A stretch of DNA of 64,000 nucleotides from Gammaproteobacteria bacterium (GTDB lineage: Bacteria; Pseudomonadota; Gammaproteobacteria; BMS3Bbin11): NCBI GenBank assembly GCA_013150915.1, contig JAADJE010000112.1:318-64317 (forward strand), written 5' to 3'. Under the pieces are notes generated by a model. It did no database searches. It worked only from the letters and a program-made list of their open reading frames with translations, and had not been told where the DNA came from. Position numbers and translations under genes: made by a program. This document shows positions 20,837 to 28,745 of the stretch, in pieces (positions within the stretch are counted from its first letter, which is position 1; each line of letters begins with the position of its first letter).

Positions 20837-21532
20837 ATGAGAGAACTTGGGTCGCACGGATGGAGGGGGTTGATTTTGTCTAACCTGGCAGATTTACTTT
20901 TTCGCGCAGTAGATGGTGTTTTCGCCGTCGACGGAAAGCAGAAGATCATCTTTTGGAATTCTGCTTGTGCCCAGTTATTAGGCATACCCTCCAATGAGGC
21001 GCTGGGTCGCTCGTGCAGTTCGGTTGTGCGGGGAAAGGATCCCGCAGGGCAGCCTTTCTGCGGTGGGGGATGTTGCATGACCCAGTTGATCCGGGGTGAA
21101 AATGCTCCTGGGACGTTTCCACTTCGGGTACGTGACGGCAACGGAAAGGAGTTGAGACTCTGGGTAAGTGTCGTTCTGGTGCCTTCCCGGAGGAAGAACC
21201 GGTGGACATGCGTGCATCTGCTGCATAGAGGGGAGGCCGTGGATACCCTTAACGTGTTGGAGTACAGCATCTCGCAAGGACGACCAACCACCGAGCGTAA
21301 TGCCGGTAATAATGGTCACTCATCTCCATCTGCGATCTCATCACTGACCCCACGGGAACATGAGATTCTTCAGTTGCTGTCGGAGGGTCTTGCCGTTTTG
21401 GTAATTTCCGATTTGTTGAACATCAGTCCCGTGACGGTGCGGAACCACCTTCAGCATATTCAGGCAAAGTTCGGTGTGCATAGCCAGGTTGGGACAGTGG
21501 CCTATGCTTATCGGCACAATCTCATTGCGTAG
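20837..21532 (+). CDS. PAS-domain / LuxR(GerE)-type HTH transcriptional regulator
   Basis: PAS core (DGVFAVDGKQKIIFWNSACAQLLG) with a CGGGCC cysteine cluster. C-terminal LuxR HTH (LTPREHEILQLLSEGLAVLVISDLLNISPVTVRNHLQHIQAKFGV). The ORF-track start 20753 is possible; I prefer the ATG at 20837. Confidence 0.75.
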   Translation: MRELGSHGWRGLILSNLADLLFRAVDGVFAVDGKQKIIFWNSACAQLLGIPSNEALGRSCSSVVRGKDPAGQPFCGGGCCMTQLIRGENAPGTFPLRVRDGNGKELRLWVSVVLVPSRRKNRWTCVHLLHRGEAVDTLNVLEYSISQGRPTTERNAGNNGHSSPSAISSLTPREHEILQLLSEGLAVLVISDLLNISPVTVRNHLQHIQAKFGVHSQVGTVAYAYRHNLIA

Positions 21533-21566
21533 CAGGCATAACCACCCGGAAGAGGGAGGAATAATA

Positions 21567-21842
21567 ATGGTAAAAAAGATCGCAGTGCTTGTCAGGGACA
21601 GACAGGGTGAAGCGCTCAGGATGGCACTGGGACTCACCCTGGTGGATGACATCATCGATGTATATGTGCTTGATAGAAAATTAGCGGGGACAGAACAAAA
21701 TCAGCTCAATCTTGAGTTAATGAAGGAACTGGAGATAAAAACATACTCTAATTATAAAAAAGGGAATGAAAGTATGGAATACCTTTCTACCGGGGAAATC
21801 GCTCACAAACTGCTTGAATACGACCACGTTTTACCCTATTGA
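21567..21842 (+). CDS. Small DsrE/DsrF-like family protein (91 aa, no Cys)
   Basis: The N-terminus follows the DsrE/DsrF pattern: MVKKIAVLVRDRQGEALRMALGLTLVDDIIDVYVLD. There is a strong SD (GAGGGAGGA) 7 nt upstream of the ATG at 21567. The ORF track extends to 21474. Confidence 0.45.
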   Translation: MVKKIAVLVRDRQGEALRMALGLTLVDDIIDVYVLDRKLAGTEQNQLNLELMKELEIKTYSNYKKGNESMEYLSTGEIAHKLLEYDHVLPY

Positions 21843-21846
21843 TATT

Positions 21847-22010
21847 TAGGGAACCTCTGATCAATTCATGAACGCGTATCTTACGCCTAAAATATCCAGT
21901 TTTTTCGTTGCAAATCTTCGCAATAGCTAGCTATTACGTGCGATTTACGCCTCAAACCTGAATATTTTAGATCATAATCTACTTCGTCCAGACACATCAG
22001 AGGTTCCTTA
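21847..22010. repeat. 164 bp element bounded by 15 bp inverted repeats (TAGGGAACCTCTGAT / ATCAGAGGTTCCTTA) with internal direct repeats and palindromes
   Basis: The inverted repeats match 14/15. Inside are two roughly 17 bp direct repeats ending TTACGCCT and the palindrome AATAGCTAGCTATT. The whole element is intergenic. Confidence 0.6.
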
Positions 22011-22046
22011 GGAAATAACGTAAATTAGGTGGACACCTTTGTACAA

Positions 22047-22068
22047 AAATGATGTAAATGCATCATTT
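22047..22068. promoter_or_regulatory. 22 bp palindromic operator-like motif AAATGATGTA-AA-TGCATCATTT (copy 1)
   Basis: About 95 bp upstream of the DsrE-like gene at 22162. A near-identical copy lies at 30943-30964. Confidence 0.5.
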
Positions 22069-22161
22069 CCTTCGTTAGCCACGAATCATAGTATTTTCAC
22101 ATACAGCGCTACAGTTGTTGGTTTGCGAGCTAGAAAATAGTTACCGAAGAATGAAACGACG

Positions 22162-22464
22162 ATGAAACTTGGCATCCTGGTAAATACGGATAAACATCTT
22201 GAGCACATACTGGGACTCACGAAAGCATCCGTAGCCAGAAATCATGAGACAAGTATCTTTGTTATGGACGAGGGAACAAGATTATTGGGAAACGATTTAT
22301 TTGTCGCACTGGCAGGGCTGCCAGCTGTGTCGATAACTCTTTGCGAGCATAGTGCAAAAGGTTACGGAATTAATACAAATAATTTATCAAAGGGAATCAA
22401 CTGTGCAAGCCAGTTTAATAACGCAATAATGAACCATAATGCTGACAGGGTGATTGTTTTATAG
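22162..22464 (+). CDS. DsrE/DsrF (TusD/TusC)-like sulfur-relay family protein, 100 aa
   Basis: MKLGILVNTDKHLEHILGLTKAS...IFVMDEG...ITLCEHSAKGYGI...DRVIVL has the same architecture as the TusC/TusD fold, including the conserved Cys position. Confidence 0.55.
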   Translation: MKLGILVNTDKHLEHILGLTKASVARNHETSIFVMDEGTRLLGNDLFVALAGLPAVSITLCEHSAKGYGINTNNLSKGINCASQFNNAIMNHNADRVIVL

Positions 22465-22512
22465 AAACGAAAAAATCGTGATACGTAGGTACGTATGTGT
22501 GCATGCATGACA

Positions 22513-22683
22513 ATGAGTATACTTCACATCTTGAATGACGGTTCGACCAAATTGTCCGATCAAATTATCGACGCGCATTCCAGAGAATGCCACACTGAGG
22601 TGGTTGATCTGAACAAAAAGGAAATCTCGTATGAGGATCTTGTTGACAAAATATTTTATTTTGAACGGGTCATCTCATGGTAA
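22513..22683 (+). CDS. Truncated/miniature DsrH (TusB)-like protein, 56 aa
   Basis: MSILHILNDG start and ...ISYEDLVDKIFYFERVISW end mirror the DsrH/TusB termini (MSILHIV..., DY..FV.L....W), but the central roughly 40 aa are missing. Confidence 0.4.
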   Translation: MSILHILNDGSTKLSDQIIDAHSRECHTEVVDLNKKEISYEDLVDKIFYFERVISW

Positions 22684-22717
22684 AGAAGGAGTAAACGGGC
22701 GGACAATAGACAGATTT

Positions 22718-22744
22718 GACAGACGTGGTCGTCCCTGTTTTTTC
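22718..22744 (+). terminator. Rho-independent terminator after the dsrEFH-like trio
   Basis: ACAGACGTGGTCGTCCCTGT hairpin followed by TTTTTT. Confidence 0.6.
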
Positions 22745-22819
22745 GCGATAAACTGCGCAAGTAAGCAAGAAAGTGTCGAGTCAGAGAGATGAGCCACCAG
22801 GAATGGGAGCAGGTTGTAA

Positions 22820-24646
22820 GTGATCCGAACCGATCTGAGTCATCGTAGCACTTCGTTTCCTTGTTCGAGGAGTGATATTTCGTTGTCTGATCCCGATAGT
22901 GTTTTTGACTTTAACCAGAGCAGGGCAAAGAAAAATTATGACGGTCTCCTGACCGTTCTGATTTCCCTGCTTACCCTTACGATATTTCTTGCACTGTTTG
23001 TCTTTCGTTCGCTGGATGATAACCGTCTCACCAGCTGGCAATGGGTATATACCGGCATGGACGCGTTTAGTATTCTGCCTGTGCTTGCCATCGGTATTTT
23101 TCTTGCATATCTACTCTCCAATGTTTCCCTCCCGGTGCGCAAACCAGCGATATGGCTTTTTATTTTTTCGTTTGCTGTTTCCGTTATCTTTTGGGGAGAA
23201 CCAGAGGTTATCGTGGATGCGTCGAGGTATTTAGTGCAAGCCAAGTATCTCGAACTATACGGTATTGGATATTTCTTTAAAGAGTGGGGCAATGCTATTG
23301 CGGTGTGGACGGATCTGCCGCTAGTCCCGCTGCTTTATGGTCTTATTTTTAAATTTTTCGGTGAATACAGAATAGGCACACAGATATTAAATAGTGTGCT
23401 GTTTTCCGGGACGGTTGTACTGACCTACCAGATTGGTAAGGTACTGTGGGATAAAACTGTTGGCATAAATGGAGGAATACTGCTTCTCGGTATGCCTTAC
23501 CTGTTTACCCAGGTGCCGCTCATGCTGGTTGATGTGCCAGCGATGTTCTTTTTTACCCTCGCCCTCCTTACAACGATCAAGGCCCTCAGACAAGGCGGTT
23601 CAGTGTTGCTGATATTGGCATCAGTAACAATCGTGTTTGCGATGTTATCCAAGTATTCAGTTTGGTTAATGTTAAGTGTTATCCCTGTCATTTTCCTGGC
23701 TCATATGCCATACGGAAGGAAAGTGATTCTTCAACGGGCAGCTGTGATATCCCTGGGTGCGGCACTCCTTATTGGCTTGGTCTTACTCTGGAAATTTAGT
23801 GTGTTTGTAGACCAACTGAAGTTTCTACAAAGTTATCAGGTGCCAGGACTCAGGCGCTGGGGTGAGAGCTTTACATCTACATTCTTCTTTCAGATACACC
23901 CTTATATTACGCTGGCAGCACTGTTTTCAATTTATGCAGGCATTAAAAAGAAAGATTCTAAATATGCAATCATTAGTTGGTTATTACTGCTGATTGTTGT
24001 TCTGGAGATTAAGCGGGCGCGGTATCTTATCGTGGTGTTACCGATGCTGGCACTGATGGCATCTTACGGGATGAGAGAAATTAGAAATATAAAAATACGC
24101 AAGTTTATTGTTTCGTCTGCCGTTGTATCAGCACTTGTGATAGCGATCTTCGGATATTTGCCTTTTTTGCAAAAAACAAGTGCTGTTAATCTTACCCAGG
24201 CCGGGAAATATCTCGATACCATGGATGCTGAAACAATCGAAGTGATAACGCTTCCACCGTTTCGCTCAATTGTTAATCCAGCTGTTTCGGTTCCTGTTCT
24301 CGATTTATTTACCCAAAAGACGCTTTTGTATCGGTATGATAAATATTCACTTACAAGACCTCCATCGATCGAGAAATCTTCCTTGAGATTCACGTGGGAA
24401 TATAAGAATCCCGAATACTTTATTGCCGATGTTGATAGATCTACAGATACTTCAAAAAAGCACATTCCGGTAGCCATTATTTTTGGTGGCCGTAACCAGA
24501 TTCTTCCAGCTCGAATAGCAAAGAGGATAGAGGGCTATCGTATGACTAAAGAATTGATGGTTTTTGACCGGGTGTTTAAATACCAAACGATGATTCGGGT
24601 GTACCAGCCATTACAGACCCTGACCAGTAACGACCCGTTAGCTTAA
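22820..24646 (+). CDS. GT-C fold glycosyltransferase, ArnT/PMT_2-like (polyprenyl-phosphate-sugar dependent), multi-TM with C-terminal periplasmic domain
   Basis: More than 10 TM helices. The loop/TM pattern DLPLVPLLYGLIFKFFGEYRIGTQILNSVLFSGTVVLTYQIG...GGILLLGMPYLFTQVP is characteristic of ArnT/PMT_2 (GT83/GT39-like). GTG start, uncertain. Confidence 0.65.
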   Translation: MIRTDLSHRSTSFPCSRSDISLSDPDSVFDFNQSRAKKNYDGLLTVLISLLTLTIFLALFVFRSLDDNRLTSWQWVYTGMDAFSILPVLAIGIFLAYLLSNVSLPVRKPAIWLFIFSFAVSVIFWGEPEVIVDASRYLVQAKYLELYGIGYFFKEWGNAIAVWTDLPLVPLLYGLIFKFFGEYRIGTQILNSVLFSGTVVLTYQIGKVLWDKTVGINGGILLLGMPYLFTQVPLMLVDVPAMFFFTLALLTTIKALRQGGSVLLILASVTIVFAMLSKYSVWLMLSVIPVIFLAHMPYGRKVILQRAAVISLGAALLIGLVLLWKFSVFVDQLKFLQSYQVPGLRRWGESFTSTFFFQIHPYITLAALFSIYAGIKKKDSKYAIISWLLLLIVVLEIKRARYLIVVLPMLALMASYGMREIRNIKIRKFIVSSAVVSALVIAIFGYLPFLQKTSAVNLTQAGKYLDTMDAETIEVITLPPFRSIVNPAVSVPVLDLFTQKTLLYRYDKYSLTRPPSIEKSSLRFTWEYKNPEYFIADVDRSTDTSKKHIPVAIIFGGRNQILPARIAKRIEGYRMTKELMVFDRVFKYQTMIRVYQPLQTLTSNDPLA

Positions 24647-24666
24647 ACGCTACAGGAGTTGATGAT

Positions 24667-26100
24667 ATGGAAATGCTTGCTAGTGAAAGAAAGAATCGGG
24701 TATGGGCCTTTATCATATTAGGCTTTTTTGCTCTGGTCAGTGTTGCGACCTTCGCCTATAACGAATATTACATTTACCTTTCTATCTACCTCTGGTTTGG
24801 TCTGATTTATGGGTTGGCCTTACAGTATGGCAGGTTCTGTTTTTCCTCGGCATTCCGTGATCTGTTTGCGGTCGGTGTTGCAAGAATGGCGGTTGGAATC
24901 ACGATTGCTATCGCACTCTTCGCCTTGGTCGCCTCCCTGGTGACCGCACAGGGCTTAAGCACGTTTCATCCTGCGCCCTCGGGTATTCACGCCGTCATCG
25001 CCGGATTTATTTTCGGAATGGGAATGGTGTTTGCGGGTGGTTGCGCATCAGGGTCTTTGTATAAAACCGGGGAAGGCAATATGAATGCCTTGATTGTGGT
25101 TTTTTCTATCAGCGTGTCCCAGGCTTTATTTGTCGACATCGGCGGATGGACCAATAAGCTTGTTCCGGAATCGTGGCATCACTCGGCACTTGCAAAAGGA
25201 CTTCCTGCGTCAATAAACGTGGGCGACGGCTGGATGGATCAGTATCTGGCTGGCTATGTCTGGAACCATCCAGTGACAACTTTTGCGAAAATGCTGGGTT
25301 GGGAAAATTCCTCGGCATTGGGGGCGATTGTGGGTAATTTTCTCATTGGTGTAATATTACCTTCGGCATTACTTCTAGGTGTGGTCTATTTTGTCTGGTC
25401 ACGTAAGGCCTTTGTCAGGAAAATGCTCAAGCAGGGCAAGGAAAAAATGACGCTGCTTGATGAAGTGAAAGGCTATTGGGCGATGCTGTCGGCCTCCAAA
25501 CGAACAGCGATCGCAGGCCTGATTATCGGGGTTGCAGCAGGCTTGCACATGCTGGTGCTGCAAGGGGCACGGGTCAAGTTTGGCGTCAAGAATGCAGGCG
25601 CACTGCTGGAGAGAATGGGCTTCGATTATGGTATATCTGTGAACGGTACTGTCTTCGATCCCGGTTACTGGTATGTGACAACACAGGAGGCACAATGGGT
25701 TGGCTGGATGTTACAGAAAACAACCGGTGCTAACTATATGGATAATGTATTTTTCGGTTACGTCAATGGAATACCTAATCCCGCTATTAATCCAGCGGAC
25801 TGGATGTCACTCGCAACCATTGGTGGTGCCGCCATCATGGCATTGTTGTACAGTGAATTTAAATTTAAAAAACCCACTCTCGAGCTTGCCACCTGGGCGA
25901 TCATAGGGGGTACCCTGATGGGTATAGGTGCACGCCTGGCGCTCGGCTGTAACATTGGTGCATTTTTTATACGGGTGGCGAATGGTGATCCCTCAGGGTG
26001 GTTATTTGGTATAGGTATGGTTCCCGGCGCATATGTTGCGGTTAGGTTCTTCAATTGGTGGACCGAGAGAAAAATGGAAAAACAGGGTTTTGGTTTGTAA
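24667..26100 (+). CDS. YeeE/YedE-family thiosulfate/sulfur-compound transporter (two-repeat type)
   Basis: GRFCFSS and GGCASGS motifs, then a second repeat with GCNIGAF; about 10 TM; 477 aa. Immediately followed by a TusA-like gene (the yeeE-yeeD arrangement). Confidence 0.85.
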   Translation: MEMLASERKNRVWAFIILGFFALVSVATFAYNEYYIYLSIYLWFGLIYGLALQYGRFCFSSAFRDLFAVGVARMAVGITIAIALFALVASLVTAQGLSTFHPAPSGIHAVIAGFIFGMGMVFAGGCASGSLYKTGEGNMNALIVVFSISVSQALFVDIGGWTNKLVPESWHHSALAKGLPASINVGDGWMDQYLAGYVWNHPVTTFAKMLGWENSSALGAIVGNFLIGVILPSALLLGVVYFVWSRKAFVRKMLKQGKEKMTLLDEVKGYWAMLSASKRTAIAGLIIGVAAGLHMLVLQGARVKFGVKNAGALLERMGFDYGISVNGTVFDPGYWYVTTQEAQWVGWMLQKTTGANYMDNVFFGYVNGIPNPAINPADWMSLATIGGAAIMALLYSEFKFKKPTLELATWAIIGGTLMGIGARLALGCNIGAFFIRVANGDPSGWLFGIGMVPGAYVAVRFFNWWTERKMEKQGFGL

Positions 26101-26136
26101 TCTTCAGGACAATAACAGGTAGCAAAGGAGGTCATT

Positions 26137-26388
26137 ATGACGATGAAATTTGAACAGACAAATGAAGGAAATTACCTGTTAGATGTGACGGGGTATGTTT
26201 GCCCACACCCACAGATTTACACCAAGAAAGCATTGGAAAGAATCGAACCGGGTGATGTTTTACGGGTGATATTCGACAACCCATCTTCTGGGGAATCGAT
26301 TTCCACCATGTGTGAAAATACGGGTGATGAAATCCTCGAGAAGAAAAAAGAGGGGGGTGCTTTCATATGGAATATACAAAAAATTTAA
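26137..26388 (+). CDS. TusA-like sulfurtransferase (YeeD/TsuB-like)
   Basis: LDVTGYVCPHPQIYTKKAL carries the CPxP motif of TusA. 83 aa. Confidence 0.85.
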   Translation: MTMKFEQTNEGNYLLDVTGYVCPHPQIYTKKALERIEPGDVLRVIFDNPSSGESISTMCENTGDEILEKKKEGGAFIWNIQKI

Positions 26389-26446
26389 TTTTGTACAGCG
26401 CATCGTGCAGTGATGCGAAACGGGTGTTCAGAAAGAGTCTGTAGCC

Positions 26447-26638
26447 ATGAAAAGTGATCTTTGGGTGGTGATTATCGTTACGGTGACATTTATTGGATTT
26501 CTGATAGGGTACAGTCTTCCTCCCCTGGTAGAGACGGGCCTGTTAACCGGGAAGGGGGGTGAACAGGCTGAAATGACACGAGAACTGGGTAAGGACATGG
26601 AGCAGTATTATCGCGACTTGCAAAAGGACGACGAATGA
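26447..26638 (+). CDS. Small single-pass membrane peptide, paralog 1 (63 aa)
   Basis: MKSDLWVVIIVTVTFIGFLIGYS TM then VETG...EQYYRDL acidic tail; a paralog follows. Confidence 0.55.
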   Translation: MKSDLWVVIIVTVTFIGFLIGYSLPPLVETGLLTGKGGEQAEMTRELGKDMEQYYRDLQKDDE

Positions 26639-26680
26639 GAATGCCTGAATCTATACGACTGTGAACAAAGGAGTAAAGCG

Positions 26681-26890
26681 TTGAAAAACAACCTTTGGAT
26701 GTTAATTACACTGGTAGCAGGACTGCTGGGTTTTCTTGCAGGTTACGGTATATCATTTTCTACGGGTGTGGAGCCTGGTTTTTTTGAGGCAGTGGAGACG
26801 GGCAGTTATGGTGGTGGAAGTACTGGAGAAGTTACCGAGGGGATTAGTGCGGAAGACCAGGAATATTACCGTAAATTATTGGAAGAGTGA
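26681..26890 (+). CDS. Small single-pass membrane peptide, paralog 2 (69 aa)
   Basis: TTG start with AAAGGAG 7 nt upstream. MKNNLWMLITLVAGLLGFLAGYG TM then a Gly/Ser/Thr/Glu-rich tail with VETG and QEYYRKL. Confidence 0.55.
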   Translation: MKNNLWMLITLVAGLLGFLAGYGISFSTGVEPGFFEAVETGSYGGGSTGEVTEGISAEDQEYYRKLLEE

Positions 26891-27189
26891 GATTGACAGG
26901 AAATATAGGCCTTACCGATTGTGAGACTAAAGAGGTCATCATTCTCGGTACTGGTCTCGCAGGTTCTGGGACCGTACATGCCTTGTCTTATTCTAGTTTT
27001 AATTCCAGTACGGGAACAGATATTCTTGTCAATGAAGCAGATAGGACGGTCGGTGGTCTGCCTAAAACAGTTAAGTACTGCGATTACAACATGGAGCCTG
27101 GTGTCGTTGCAGCCAAAGAAATGATAGCGGGTAGTTTTGTAATAATAAAAGAGCAGGGCCCATTTTCCCCGACAGGGATCAACTTATGA
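26887..27189 (+). pseudogene. N-terminal fragment of an FAD-dependent amine-oxidase/desaturase-like oxidoreductase (gene remnant)
   Basis: Has the GxGxxG dinucleotide-binding motif (KEVIILGTGLAGSGTVHAL) plus DILVNEADRTVGG (the EA-DR-GGR motif). The ORF is only 100 aa and overlaps both neighbours. Confidence 0.4.
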
Positions 27190-28673
27190 AATGTGCATTG
27201 ATCCATCCGGCATGGTTTCCTGAAGAAATATTTCCTTCCAGAACGGTTGCCTCGCAAATTAATTACTGGCAGCCACTGGGAATCCTGTATGTGGGCGCCA
27301 GTCTTCTGAAAGCGGATCATGACGTAAAGTTTTTTAACGGTGCATTCATGTCACATGAAGAGCTGATGCACCGGGTAAAAGAATTTAAACCCGATTTTAC
27401 AGGCATTTATTCTACCAGCTTCGGTTGGCCAAAGGCCATGAAGACAGCGGAGGCTATCAAAAAGCTTGATAAGAACATATTTACCTGTGTTGGTGGGCCC
27501 TATCCGATTGCCGTGCAAGAGCGGTGTTTAAACGATCAAAGCACAAGTATCGATGCCATCGTCACAGGTGAGGCGGAACTGACCATGGTCGAGCTGCTGG
27601 CGAGGCTTCAGCAAGGGAAAGACCTCGAGGGTGTTCAGGGGCTGGCTTTCAGGCAGGGTTCGAGGGTCATCAAGAACCCATTGAGACCATTGACCGAGGA
27701 TCTGGATATTCTACCTTTTCCCGCACGCGAGCTGTTGGGTGATATGAATCAATATATTCCACCACCGGCGACATACCGGAGAAAACCGGTCACTACCCTT
27801 ATAAGCTCCAGGGGATGCAACAGAAGGTGCATCTTCTGCTTCCAGATCGATAAGGAAAGGAAAAGCGGTAAGCGTGGTATCCGCTTCCGCAGCGTCGAGA
27901 ACGTCCTCCAGGAAATAGAGCTCTGTCTCAGGCAGGGTTACCGTGAGATCAAGTTTATTGACGACACCTTTGCCGCTGATTATGACCGGGCCATGCAGAT
28001 ATGCCAGCAGATAAAAGCACGGCAGCTTGATTTCACCTGGTTCGCCTCAGCCTGTGTCAACCAGGTTGATAAACCCTTGCTCCAGGCTATGAAGGAGGCC
28101 GGTTGCTGGTCCATTCTGTTTGGTGCCGACAGTGGTGTCCAGAAAACTCTCAATACACTCAGGAAAGGAACCACCCTTGAGTTCATACGCAGGGATGTGC
28201 GTGCAGCAAAAGAAGTCGGCCTGAAAGTCAGCACCCCTTTTATATTTGGCGCGCCGGGAGAAACTTTTGCAGACGGGTTGAAAACCATTGAATTTGCTAT
28301 AGAGCTGGATGCCGACCTGGCAAACTTCCACGCCCTGACGCCATTTCCGGGTACCTATCTCTACGATAATCTGGATAAATTCGGCACTGTTTCTGGCGAC
28401 CTCTCAGACCGTACCTATCAGTCGGCCGCGTTTACCCCGTATACCATGACCCGTGATGAAATCTTAAGCTTACGCCAGCTGGCATTCAGGCGTTTCTATT
28501 CCAGGCCGAAATTTTTAGTTAGAAGGCTGATGGAAATCAGGACCTTGAACGACTGCAAGGCCGCGGTCAGTGGTCTGAGGAGTCTGTTCTGGCTCTGGGC
28601 AGGCAACAATTTGTTTTATAGACGAAAAAAGGGGGCGCTGACACCCGTTGAATTAAGTGTTCCTAAAAAGTGA
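27186..28673 (+). CDS. B12-binding-domain radical SAM protein (class B rSAM)
   Basis: N-terminal B12-binding-like region (FTGIYSTSFGWPKA, TCVGGPYP) and the CNRRCIFCF CxxxCxxC radical-SAM motif; 495 aa. Confidence 0.8.
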   Translation: MKCALIHPAWFPEEIFPSRTVASQINYWQPLGILYVGASLLKADHDVKFFNGAFMSHEELMHRVKEFKPDFTGIYSTSFGWPKAMKTAEAIKKLDKNIFTCVGGPYPIAVQERCLNDQSTSIDAIVTGEAELTMVELLARLQQGKDLEGVQGLAFRQGSRVIKNPLRPLTEDLDILPFPARELLGDMNQYIPPPATYRRKPVTTLISSRGCNRRCIFCFQIDKERKSGKRGIRFRSVENVLQEIELCLRQGYREIKFIDDTFAADYDRAMQICQQIKARQLDFTWFASACVNQVDKPLLQAMKEAGCWSILFGADSGVQKTLNTLRKGTTLEFIRRDVRAAKEVGLKVSTPFIFGAPGETFADGLKTIEFAIELDADLANFHALTPFPGTYLYDNLDKFGTVSGDLSDRTYQSAAFTPYTMTRDEILSLRQLAFRRFYSRPKFLVRRLMEIRTLNDCKAAVSGLRSLFWLWAGNNLFYRRKKGALTPVELSVPKK

Positions 28674-28745
28674 CCAGCGTTCAGCAATCGCTATTCAAGG
28701 CGGCCTCTATTCATGAATTAACGGGGGTACCCTTAAGTCAGTACG

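Noticed and set aside
22936-23292. 118 aa minus-strand ORF
   Set aside because: Embedded antisense in the multi-TM GT-C gene.
26388-26447. Hairpin GCATCGTGCAGTGATGC after tusA as a terminator
   Set aside because: Imperfect stem and no following T-run. More likely a weak attenuator, or nothing.
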